Origin: Gammaproteobacteria bacterium
Lineage (GTDB): Bacteria; Pseudomonadota; Gammaproteobacteria; JBGSLN01
Assembly (NCBI GenBank): GCA_041740675.1
Contig: JBGSLN010000132.1
Location: 1 to 36,419 of the forward strand
Direction: 5' to 3'
DNA length: 36,419 nucleotides
The stretch's first letter is position 1. Each line of letters begins with the position of its first letter. Positions 8,751 to 17,356 of the stretch are shown one piece after another. A program made the translations under genes and the position numbers. The notes under the pieces are model-generated. The model was not told the origin of the DNA and did not search any database. It saw only the letters and a program-made list of their open reading frames with translations.

Positions 8751-9985
8751 GCTAGAAAAATTTGATTGTCCGCTAAACACTGCGAAAGCTTGCGATAGGT
8801 AGACATCAGTGTTGCGGGGGTTGGTTCATTTCCAGTGGCTTGCAAAATACGCTCAGCAAGTGTGCCAGCTTGAGTTAATTGAATAAAGTTATTATAAATA
8901 GCTTCAGGCAAATAATTTTTATGCAATCTTTCTGCAGTAGCAAGCCAAAATTCTTTAGCTTGCATTTTTTTAGGAAAATCTAATTTAAATTGTTCTAATA
9001 ACATTACATCAGTTATCATGGTGTTACTACCATCACTCACACAATCAATGAAGGTCTTTTTTAATTGCACAGAATCAATAGGGTTAATTAGGTATTCATC
9101 AGTATTATCGACGATATATTTTAATAATTGCTGAATGAAATATGCATAAGTAATGTCTGCTAATGGACATTCTTGGGTATCAACCACACGAATTTCGATT
9201 GCCATTCGATCAAACCGAGCAATAGCGCCACGTGAATTTAACCATTCATCTTGTAATATTTCTTCTGGATCATGAGGAGCAATGGCTTGGTATAGTGGAT
9301 TTAAAATAACATCTTGATAATGTTGTTTGCTAGTGACAAATTCAGGAACCACGTGACCAGTAATCGCAGGAATTTTCTCCTGGTTTTTTCGATAAAAATT
9401 TAATCGTGCATCTAACCAATCAGATTTTTTTCCTTCAACGAATGGGCTACTGGCTGTCAATGATGGAATAAGTGGTAATAATATTCGGATAGCGTTATGC
9501 AATTTTTTAAATTCAGCATCGTTAGCAAAGGGTAAATTAATATGAATACTCTGTAAATTAGACCATCCATGACCTTTGCAATCAAAAATTCGATTATAAC
9601 AAGAATAAATTTTTTTATCGCCATGTGACCAAAGTTCTACACCTTTTTCAGGATCAAACCAAGGATGCATACCTGTGGGCAGCAACATTGCTTGGTGATT
9701 TTGCAAGAAAGCATTGATTTTTTTTACTGTTTCATGAAACTGTAAATGCAAGGCATAAGAAAATTTTTTAGGGCCATTGGTCTTAAATTCGAGAACATGC
9801 TTTACCAGCTCATTACTGATAGCAATTTCACCCAAATCAACTTCATTGGTAATTTCACCAGCAAAGTGTTCTAAAATTTTATCTGCCACAGGCATTATTT
9901 CTAGTGTAGTTTGATTTACAATCATGTATTCAATTTCTATGCCAACAGCAGAGAAAATAGATAAATAATTATTGCTTGAGGCCAT
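8747..9985 (-). CDS. GCS2-type carboxylate-amine ligase (YbdK / glutamate-cysteine ligase family 2-like)
   Basis: The N-terminal GIEIEYMIV metal-ligand motif and the later AIEIRVVDTQ segment are typical of GCS2. The protein is 412 aa and overlaps the ATP-grasp gene by 17 nt. Confidence 0.75.
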   Translation of the reverse strand: MASSNNYLSIFSAVGIEIEYMIVNQTTLEIMPVADKILEHFAGEITNEVDLGEIAISNELVKHVLEFKTNGPKKFSYALHLQFHETVKKINAFLQNHQAMLLPTGMHPWFDPEKGVELWSHGDKKIYSCYNRIFDCKGHGWSNLQSIHINLPFANDAEFKKLHNAIRILLPLIPSLTASSPFVEGKKSDWLDARLNFYRKNQEKIPAITGHVVPEFVTSKQHYQDVILNPLYQAIAPHDPEEILQDEWLNSRGAIARFDRMAIEIRVVDTQECPLADITYAYFIQQLLKYIVDNTDEYLINPIDSVQLKKTFIDCVSDGSNTMITDVMLLEQFKLDFPKKMQAKEFWLATAERLHKNYLPEAIYNNFIQLTQAGTLAERILQATGNEPTPATLMSTYRKLSQCLADNQIFLA

Positions 9986-11423
9986 GGCTTTTATCCAATC
10001 TGTTTTTAAATGTCATTAATATAGAGTTATAAAGCTCAAATCCCAAATATTCATCTTCGATACCAGCATCGATAGTCGGATTATCATTAATTTCGATTAC
10101 ATATGCTTTACCATCTACTTGTTTTAAATCAACCCCATATAAGCCATCACCGATTAATTTAGTGGCTTTCAGGCTAGTAGTTAGAATAGCAGGTGGGACT
10201 TCTGAAATAGGCAGGGTGTCAAATAATCCAGTTTGCTCTTGTGCACTACTCCAATTATAAATTTGCCAATGTTCTTTAGCCATGTAATATCGGCAGGCAT
10301 AAATCGGTTTATGCTCGATGATGCCAATCCGCCAATCAAAGTCAGATGGCATAAACTCTTGTAAAATGAGTAAATCTGAGGTTTTAAAAAAATTTCTACA
10401 AAATTCTTCCGCAGCTTTTTGATCATTAGCTTTTACTACGCCTTTGGAAAAAGCACTGTCAGGTAATTTAATCACACAAGGATATTCAATTGTCTCCAGT
10501 ACTTGCTTTGCATTAGCTTTATTAATGATAATAGTTTTAGGAGTATTAATATTGTGTTTTTTCATTAATTCAGCAAGATATACTTTGTTGGTGCACTTCA
10601 GAATCGAAATAGGGTCATCAATAACTGTTAATCCTTCTGCCGCAGCTTTGCGAGCAAATCGATAGGTATGATGGTTAACGGCAGTAGTTTCACGAATAAA
10701 TAAAGCGTCATATTCACTTATAGTTTTATAATCATCTTTTTCAACTAATTCTATGTTAATATTTAATTTTCGCCCAGCCGAAATAAATTTTTCGATTGCT
10801 TTTTTATTGGAAGGAGGAGTTTTTTCTTTAGGATTATATAATAACGCGATATCGTAGAAATAACCTTTTGCAGATTTAATTGGTGTGCGTCGCTGCATAT
10901 ACTCACCCATAATATCCGATAAAAAAGCATGGTGAGTATTAGGAACATCTTTAATGCTAACAGGGATAATTTTTTTAGCTTGCCAATGTTTATTTTTCAC
11001 AAAGTAAACTTTAAAAAGTGGTAATGGTACCAGTGAATATAATTTTCTTGCTAATTTATTATGAGTTTTAGCAATATTTCTCCCAAAATATACGCTAAGC
11101 TCAAAATGTTCCGATTGAATTGTTCGTAAAGAAAATTGTATTTCTTCATCTAATTCATCATTAATATAGATGCAGGTATTTTTAATATTAATATCTTGAA
11201 TCGCAAGTACGTTAGGCAATACTTTGTGCCCTCTTGCTTCAGCAAGCAAGGAAACATAATATCCAATCGATTGGTAAGAATAATTAGCGCAGAGATTGAT
11301 AATGCGAATGTTTTTCTCTTGCTCACAAGAATGATCTAAATAATCTATAGCGTCGATGATAGAGGTTTTGTCGTAAATTGGTTTAAGTGAAAAGATATCT
11401 TCCGTAACAATTTTAATTTTCAT
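9969..11423 (-). CDS. RimK-type ATP-grasp ligase with an N-terminal extension of about 200 aa (RLAN-like)
   Basis: The C-terminal half carries ATP-grasp motifs: YPCVIKLPDSAFSKGVVKA, LILQEFMPSDFDWRIGII and GLYGVDLKQVDGKAYVIEINDNP. The N-terminal half has no catalytic motif I recognise. The gene overlaps the upstream peptidase gene by 11 nt. Confidence 0.85.
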   Translation of the reverse strand: MKIKIVTEDIFSLKPIYDKTSIIDAIDYLDHSCEQEKNIRIINLCANYSYQSIGYYVSLLAEARGHKVLPNVLAIQDINIKNTCIYINDELDEEIQFSLRTIQSEHFELSVYFGRNIAKTHNKLARKLYSLVPLPLFKVYFVKNKHWQAKKIIPVSIKDVPNTHHAFLSDIMGEYMQRRTPIKSAKGYFYDIALLYNPKEKTPPSNKKAIEKFISAGRKLNINIELVEKDDYKTISEYDALFIRETTAVNHHTYRFARKAAAEGLTVIDDPISILKCTNKVYLAELMKKHNINTPKTIIINKANAKQVLETIEYPCVIKLPDSAFSKGVVKANDQKAAEEFCRNFFKTSDLLILQEFMPSDFDWRIGIIEHKPIYACRYYMAKEHWQIYNWSSAQEQTGLFDTLPISEVPPAILTTSLKATKLIGDGLYGVDLKQVDGKAYVIEINDNPTIDAGIEDEYLGFELYNSILMTFKNRLDKSHGLKQ

Positions 11424-12159
11424 AATATTTTTTTGATATTAATAATAGGTTTGCGTCGTAAGTTAGTACACCAAGCATAATTGCATTAATCAAGCGACTT
11501 ATGCTCACTTTATAATAATTATCTCCAGAAATTGGGTTAGCTTGATGTGGGTCAGCAACAACCACATGTCGATGAGTTTTATCATATCCGCATAAAACCA
11601 CAAAATGTCCACCAGGCATGCCAATCAAATCATCATAGACGGTCAAATTTTGATTGTCTTTAGTTTCTTCTATATTAGGATTTTCATATTCACGCATACT
11701 TTGATAGAGATAAGTGGCACTGAGACCGGTAATAATGGGGATTTTTTGTTTAAAAATTTGTTTCAATAGTTGTGGCGTTAAATTTTTTTGTAAAACGGTA
11801 CCACCTAACTCTAAATAATGTATATATGCTTCAGAGCTTTCAATGATTCTCAACATATTTTTATGATTCAATTGCAACGTTAATTTCTCTATGAGTTGCT
11901 GGTTATTCAATTTCTGATGATTAAACCAAGTAGGATCAAAAATATCAATATTATAAGCATAAATCAAACATTGATAGCCACGTTTTAATGCATGAATGGC
12001 AAGTAATGGGGCAAGGGTTCCACCAGTCACTACGCTTTTAGCTTCAGTAATAGTTTGTTCTAACGAAATATGATCACCATAATACTCATATACAGAATGT
12101 AAGCTTGTTGGACCACAAGTAACGTCGTCAGGTTGGGTTTGAATTTTAATATTTAGCAT
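11413..12159 (-). CDS. Papain-fold cysteine peptidase, C39-like
   Basis: The N-terminal QTQPDDVTCGPTSL provides a Gln oxyanion-hole residue followed by a Cys nucleophile. A later GGHFVVLCGYD...VVVADPH provides the His and Asp. This is the first gene of the four-gene operon. Confidence 0.7.
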   Translation of the reverse strand: MLNIKIQTQPDDVTCGPTSLHSVYEYYGDHISLEQTITEAKSVVTGGTLAPLLAIHALKRGYQCLIYAYNIDIFDPTWFNHQKLNNQQLIEKLTLQLNHKNMLRIIESSEAYIHYLELGGTVLQKNLTPQLLKQIFKQKIPIITGLSATYLYQSMREYENPNIEETKDNQNLTVYDDLIGMPGGHFVVLCGYDKTHRHVVVADPHQANPISGDNYYKVSISRLINAIMLGVLTYDANLLLISKKYYEN

Positions 12160-12186
12160 AAGGCTAGCTTAATCAATTATTTATAA

Positions 12187-12195
12187 ATTATAACA
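12187..12195 (-). promoter_or_regulatory. Candidate extended -10 (TGTTATAAT) for the 8046-12159 operon
   Basis: The minus strand reads TGTTATAAT, ending about 27 nt upstream of the ATG at 12159. The -35 is poor (CACTAC). This is pattern match only. Confidence 0.3.
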
Positions 12196-12423
12196 TATTG
12201 TGAAAAAAAGTAGTGGGTATTTTGGTGCCTTTTTGGCAAGAATACTGAATATATGTGATTATAGCAAAGCCTGATGCCTGATTTGTGTGAACGTTTTGCT
12301 ATGAGCCCAGATTGGCCTTAGAGGGACGTTCCTATCTAGCTACTGAAGCATTATGAATATTTTGACCTGCTATCGCCTCGATGGTAAACTGCGTTCCGAT
12401 ATTAAATACTGGGTAAGAAGATA

Positions 12424-13044
12424 ATGATAAAAAGAAGAGTCATATTAACTTTTTTGAACCTGATTTTAGTCGGGATCATTTTATCACTTAGTGGCTGTGC
12501 AACGCCACAACCGCAAAATCTTAATAATGTTTGCGCCATCTTCCAACAAAATCCAAATTGGTATCGTTATGCTAAACGCAGCCAAAACCATTGGGGTATA
12601 CCAATAAGTACGCTGATGGCTATTATGTATCAAGAATCGCGTTTTCAACCGACAGTTAAACCACCACGCGAAAAGCTCTTTTCTGTCATCCCTTGGACAC
12701 GTCCTACCAGCGCAGATGGCTATTCACAAGCAACCTATGAGACTTGGTGGGAGTTTCAAGATGATACAGATAACTTTGCCGCTCAACGATCTAATTTTAA
12801 AGATGCTATTTATTTTGTCGGCTGGTATTCCCGCTTAGCCCATGACAAGCTTCGCATTCCTTTGAATAATACATTTGAACTTTATTTAGCATACCATGAA
12901 GGTATTTTAGGTTACGCGCAAAGAAGTTATGCACGACAAGCATGGTTAATTGCTGTAGCTCATCGAGTGGAGGCCCAAGCTAATATCTATCATTATCAAC
13001 TAAACCAATGCGGTCCAAACTATGTGAGGAGTAATTGGGGATAA
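12424..13044 (+). CDS. Lipoprotein with an SLT-like lytic transglycosylase domain
   Basis: It has a signal peptide with the lipobox LSLSGC. MYQESRF contains the E-S catalytic pair typical of SLT/goose-lysozyme-like transglycosylases. Confidence 0.7.
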   Translation: MIKRRVILTFLNLILVGIILSLSGCATPQPQNLNNVCAIFQQNPNWYRYAKRSQNHWGIPISTLMAIMYQESRFQPTVKPPREKLFSVIPWTRPTSADGYSQATYETWWEFQDDTDNFAAQRSNFKDAIYFVGWYSRLAHDKLRIPLNNTFELYLAYHEGILGYAQRSYARQAWLIAVAHRVEAQANIYHYQLNQCGPNYVRSNWG

Positions 13045-13048
13045 AAAG

Positions 13049-14446
13049 TTACCTTTTATAATTTACTAAATCTAATAAATGACTCAAGTTTCGCGCTAAA
13101 GGATCCTTCGGATTTTTTTCATATTCCTTCACATATGCATCAAGTAAATAATGGAATTTAGGCACATTGAGTACACTCATCATTTTTTCTGCACGTTCCA
13201 CATGATGGAGAATGCTGTAATCACACGTGTGCACCAAAATTGTTGAAAGGCTTTGTGCTTTAATTGCTTTTCGGGGCACACTGGCAGTTTTGAAAGTTTG
13301 AATACATTCATCAATCGCGCGGTCTTGATCCCATTGCACCCATTGTTGAAAAAAAGCCATGGCTTGGTCAGCATAATTTGCTAAATTTCGTCGATCAAAC
13401 TGGCCACTTTCTTCTAACAGTAATATAAATAATATTGCAGGAATAGTTGCTTCGACATTAGCCCACGAACAATTTCCAGTGATTTGCGGCGGTACAGGCA
13501 ACGAATAAATTTCGCGTAAATCTAAAATTTTATTCAAGCCAAAATGAATGTATTCTTGTTCATTATGTTTATAAAGAATTTTCTTCATCATCATCGGAGA
13601 GAATTTTTTTGGATCAGGCATTTTATAAATGGTCACTGTTTTATGATTACGTCCATATTCACCGCGATCACATTTAATTAATATATCTTGAAATTTAATT
13701 AGAGTAACAGCATGGCCTGTATATACTACGGGAATAAGCACTAAATTTTCTTCTAATAAGGGATTAATGACATTGAGATGTTGTTCAATTTTAGTGGAGT
13801 ATTGTTGATATTTAATTAATGTTGCAGATGATTGTAAGGCATGAACGATACGGTCGACTTTTTTAAAGTAGTGGTGTAACCGTTTTGCCGCATAATTTTT
13901 TTTAAATCGATTGAGAGAATCTTGAATTAAATTTGCGGTGAATTCAAAAATAAATCCTTCATAGTCTACTAAGATAAATTTGCCTTCTGGGCTAAAAATA
14001 TGTGTTTGTCCAGGCAAAGAAAAGCGATGGCCTAATAATTTCGCATTAATAAAATCTTGGGCAAAATGTAAATCTGCACCATGAGAATAGAGCAATTGTT
14101 TTAAATCAAAATGACCACGAAGCAGGGGATAAACTAAAAGCGGTTGTGAAGAAAAAGAATAACTATTTGGATTGGCATTATGCTTCAATAACAACTGACA
14201 CATGGGTAGATTGCGGTTATCAGTTGCCCAATGTAATGCAGTACGGCCTGTGACATCAGGCATATCCACGGTTGCTCCATGTTGCAGTAGTAATTCTGCC
14301 ACATCAACTTTTTGCATGATCGCAGCCTCGACCATTGGATTAAAACCGTATTCATCAATTTCAAAAACATTTGCACCGCGTTCAATAGCATGTGCGACGT
14401 CAGCTTTAGTTCCATTAATAATAATATCTGCGAAAGATGTAGTCAT
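13049..14446 (-). CDS. Ankyrin-repeat protein with a C-terminal domain of about 330 aa (possible Cys-peptidase-like effector)
   Basis: About four ANK repeats occupy residues 1-130 (e.g. DVTGRTALHWATDNRNLPMCQLLLKHNANPN). The C-terminal domain has an ordered His245 (YTGHAV), Asp254/260, Gln321 and Cys326 (QITGNCSW). Confidence 0.85.
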   Translation of the reverse strand: MTTSFADIIINGTKADVAHAIERGANVFEIDEYGFNPMVEAAIMQKVDVAELLLQHGATVDMPDVTGRTALHWATDNRNLPMCQLLLKHNANPNSYSFSSQPLLVYPLLRGHFDLKQLLYSHGADLHFAQDFINAKLLGHRFSLPGQTHIFSPEGKFILVDYEGFIFEFTANLIQDSLNRFKKNYAAKRLHHYFKKVDRIVHALQSSATLIKYQQYSTKIEQHLNVINPLLEENLVLIPVVYTGHAVTLIKFQDILIKCDRGEYGRNHKTVTIYKMPDPKKFSPMMMKKILYKHNEQEYIHFGLNKILDLREIYSLPVPPQITGNCSWANVEATIPAILFILLLEESGQFDRRNLANYADQAMAFFQQWVQWDQDRAIDECIQTFKTASVPRKAIKAQSLSTILVHTCDYSILHHVERAEKMMSVLNVPKFHYLLDAYVKEYEKNPKDPLARNLSHLLDLVNYKR

Positions 14447-14456
14447 AAGTTATAGA

Positions 14457-14490
14457 TAAAAAAATACCCCTGCTTTGAGGGGTATTTTAT
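14457..14490 (-). terminator. Rho-independent terminator
   Basis: The stem is ATACCCC (14464-14470) and GGGGTAT (14479-14485) with an 8-nt loop. On the minus strand it is followed by a run of 7 or more U (plus-strand A-run 14457-14464). It sits 29 nt after the stop of the 14519-14890 gene. Confidence 0.8.
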
Positions 14491-14518
14491 CGCAAAATTC
14501 AAGTAATATCTAAATTAC

Positions 14519-14890
14519 TTAACCACCTGTTGGCCTAGGAGCAGGCGAACTTTTTGGTGTTGCAGTTGGAGATGGAGTATGCGTATGTGAAAATTCTGGA
14601 CTTGGTGTTAATTTTGGATCAATTTGTTGTGCTTCTACTGCACCTTCAGCAATTTGCTCAGAGGTCATTTGATTTGGATGTTGTGGCTTACGATCATCTG
14701 CACCTTGATATTGGTTAGTTTGTTCAAATGCAGGATGTTGTTTTCTATCTGCACCAACGCCAAGACCTGCTCCTGCAGTTAAACCTGCACGGTCAGTATT
14801 ATCGGAAGCAGCTAGTTCAGCTCTTTTTGCTGGAAAGCCTAGGCCTGAATGACCATCCGCTTGAATATTTAAAATTTTTACTGTTGCCAT
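14519..14890 (-). CDS. Small low-complexity (Gly/Ala/Pro/Thr/Ser-rich) hypothetical protein
   Basis: The 123-aa ORF has GAGGA 6 nt upstream of its ATG and a strong terminator downstream. It is visibly more GC-rich than its flanks. The C-terminus reads TPSPEFSHTHTPSPTATPKSSPAPRPTGG. Confidence 0.6.
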   Translation of the reverse strand: MATVKILNIQADGHSGLGFPAKRAELAASDNTDRAGLTAGAGLGVGADRKQHPAFEQTNQYQGADDRKPQHPNQMTSEQIAEGAVEAQQIDPKLTPSPEFSHTHTPSPTATPKSSPAPRPTGG

Positions 14891-15140
14891 ATGCAGTTCC
14901 TCAATACAACTTATCTATTAAGATTATCTCATCTTTTATTGCTTAATTCAACTTGAAATTCTTGAGATCAATTGAATTCTACTTAATTCCATTATACATG
15001 AGAAAGCTTAAGGAAACATTATGAAAGCTCAAAAATCCACGAGTAAAATCCCATATGCTCTTAGATATACATCCTTAAAGATAATATTTACTTCGATCGT
15101 TAGATTTTCAAAATGAGCGGATTTATCAACGTAATCCCTG

Positions 15141-15149
15141 TGTTATAAT
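15141..15149 (+). promoter_or_regulatory. Candidate extended -10 promoter element (TGTTATAAT) for the MFS gene
   Basis: TGTTATAAT ends 45 nt upstream of the ATG at 15195. The -35 is weak. This is pattern match only. Confidence 0.4.
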
Positions 15150-15194
15150 TTCTAAATTCCACATTTTTTCATTACTAAAGTAAAGAATAATACT

Positions 15195-16412
15195 ATGAAA
15201 AACAACAAGCCACTGGCTTCTCGTTCACTTGTCGGTTTCATTGCAATTGTAGCACCACAAATATTCAGTTTTGCTTTAGCAATGGATATTTATGCGCCTA
15301 GCATTCCGACCATCACTCATGAATTTGCCGTTAGTCAAACCGTTATGCAATTAACCATCAGTTTATTTTTACTGATGACAGGAATAGGACAGATCCTGAT
15401 TGGTCCTATTTGCGATCAAATAGGACGTAGAAAAATTGTTTTAGCAAGTACACTAATTTTTATCATTGGTTCTTTATTATGTATGATCGCTCCCAATGTC
15501 ACCTTTTTAATTGTTTCTCGAATCATACAGGCAATAGGGGCATGCGGCATGATGGTATCCGCTTTTGCTATTGTACGTGATATTTTTTCTGGTGATGAAT
15601 GTGCGCGGGTTTATAGTTTTTTGAATTCAACGATAGCTTTATCTCCTTTGTTAGCACCTTTGGCAGGAGGATATTTACAATATTACATCAGCTGGCGCGC
15701 ATCATTTGCTTTATTAGCAATTATTGGTTTGATTTTTTTAATTTCGGCATTTCGTAATATCAATGAAACGCTAGCGATTGAAAATCAGCGTGAGTTAAAA
15801 AAAGATATATTTATGGATTACTGGTCTATTTTAAAAAGTAGATCATTTTTGATTTATACTTTTTGTGCTGCTGCTGGGTTTGCTGGATTTCTAACATTTT
15901 TTTCTTCTTCGGCTTATGTCATTATTGACTTATTAAAAATTCCTGAACAACATTTTGGTTTCTATTTTGGCGCAATTGGAATTGTATTTTTTATTGGAAG
16001 CTTAATCAGTGGTCATGCTGCTAAGAAATTGGGAACATTTAAAACAGTATTATTAGGTGCATTATTGATGACCTTAAGTGGATTAGTTATGTTGTATTCG
16101 TATTGGCATTTTGGTCTAAGTGTGTCGGCTTTTATGGGTCCAATGATGATTATGGGAATTGGTGGTGCAATGTTAATGGGTGGTGGTGCCGGAGGGGCTA
16201 TTGAACCTTTTCCGTCGATGGCGGGGAGAGCATCAGCGTTATTTGGTAGCATTGAATTTGTCTTTGCTTTTATTGTATCTCAAATAGTTTTAATCTGGAA
16301 AATAACTTCTACAGATCCCTTAGGCACTACTTTGGCAATCTTAGGAATTATTGCTTCTGTAGCCTTAGTATTAAATTATAAGAATTATAAAAATAATAAT
16401 AACCCCAAATAA
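15195..16412 (+). CDS. MFS efflux transporter, Bcr/CflA-like
   Basis: It looks like a 12-TM MFS protein. Motif A-like GPICDQIGRRKIV lies after TM2, and the overall layout is typical of the Bcr/CflA drug-resistance subfamily. Confidence 0.85.
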   Translation: MKNNKPLASRSLVGFIAIVAPQIFSFALAMDIYAPSIPTITHEFAVSQTVMQLTISLFLLMTGIGQILIGPICDQIGRRKIVLASTLIFIIGSLLCMIAPNVTFLIVSRIIQAIGACGMMVSAFAIVRDIFSGDECARVYSFLNSTIALSPLLAPLAGGYLQYYISWRASFALLAIIGLIFLISAFRNINETLAIENQRELKKDIFMDYWSILKSRSFLIYTFCAAAGFAGFLTFFSSSAYVIIDLLKIPEQHFGFYFGAIGIVFFIGSLISGHAAKKLGTFKTVLLGALLMTLSGLVMLYSYWHFGLSVSAFMGPMMIMGIGGAMLMGGGAGGAIEPFPSMAGRASALFGSIEFVFAFIVSQIVLIWKITSTDPLGTTLAILGIIASVALVLNYKNYKNNNNPK

Positions 16413-16423
16413 AACAGGAGTTA

Positions 16424-17242
16424 ATGCTGATGCCAAAAGTTGCGGCGATTCAAATGTGTTCCAGCAATACTGTCGATGAAAATTTAGCAATGGTAGCCAG
16501 TTTATTGCAAGAAGCTGCACAACAAAAAGCGGAATTAGTAGTATTGCCGGAAATGTTTGCCGTGTTTAGCACAGATATAGCTCATAAAATTATGATTAAA
16601 GAAACATATGGTCACGGTAAAATTCAAGATTTTTTAGCTGCACAAGCTGCAAAACACCAGCTCTGGATTGTCGCTGGTACGATTCCAATCAGTTGTGAGA
16701 ATCCCACTAAAATTAGATCGGCCTGTATCGTTTATGATGCAAGCGGAAAAGCTGTGGCACGGTATGACAAAATGCATTTATTTGATGTGGTGATTTCTGA
16801 AACTGAATCATATAAAGAATCCGATACAACGGAAGCGGGTGATGCAATTGTAGTTGTTGATACACCGATAGGCAAATTGGGATTAGCCGTTTGTTATGAC
16901 ATTCGTTTTCCGCTTTTATTTAATAAACTTTTTAAAGCAGGTGCAGAAATTATAGCGATTCCTGCAGCTTTCACTGTTAAGACAGGCATTGCCCATTGGC
17001 ATTTATTAGCAAGAAGCCGTGCTGTAGAGAACTTTTGTTATGTCATTGGTGCTTGTCAAGGTGGTACACACGCAAATGGTCGTAAAACTTACGGCCATTC
17101 TTTGATAGTTGAACCATGGGGTGACATCATTGCTGAGCGTGTTGATCCGATTCCTGGGGTGATTTATGCTGAAGTTGATTTAAAACATTTGCAGAAAATT
17201 CGAACTGCGATTCCAGTTGGAAAACATCAAAAGGAATTTTAG
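16424..17242 (+). CDS. Carbon-nitrogen hydrolase (nitrilase superfamily, Nit-like amidase)
   Basis: The Glu-Lys-Cys triad contexts are present: VVLPEMF, RYDKMHLFD and GLAVCYDIRFP. The start could be 16424 or 16430. Confidence 0.85.
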   Translation: MLMPKVAAIQMCSSNTVDENLAMVASLLQEAAQQKAELVVLPEMFAVFSTDIAHKIMIKETYGHGKIQDFLAAQAAKHQLWIVAGTIPISCENPTKIRSACIVYDASGKAVARYDKMHLFDVVISETESYKESDTTEAGDAIVVVDTPIGKLGLAVCYDIRFPLLFNKLFKAGAEIIAIPAAFTVKTGIAHWHLLARSRAVENFCYVIGACQGGTHANGRKTYGHSLIVEPWGDIIAERVDPIPGVIYAEVDLKHLQKIRTAIPVGKHQKEF

Positions 17243-17356
17243 AATTCTAAACGCAAGGCGCATAATGCAATAAATGTCGCACAAGATGCTTTATGCAAAT
17301 AGCATTCTAAACGGCTGATACTGACTTTTTTGCCGTCTGACGTTAAAATAGTCAAT

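Noticed and set aside
12240-12423. A GC-richer patch with a short ORF (MNILTCYRLDGKLRSDIKYWVRR) upstream of the SLT-lipoprotein gene. It could be a leader peptide, riboswitch or gene remnant.
   Set aside because: I can identify no conserved riboswitch motif, no convincing SD for the mini-ORF and no attenuator hairpin. The question cannot be resolved without comparative data.
17244-17313. The 10-bp direct repeat ATTCTAAACG (17244-17253 and 17304-17313) upstream of the decayed ATPase gene. It could be a target-site duplication or att remnant.
   Set aside because: The repeat is short and the 50 bp between the copies encode nothing mobile. No integrase or IS is nearby, and chance repeats of this length are plausible in AT-rich DNA.
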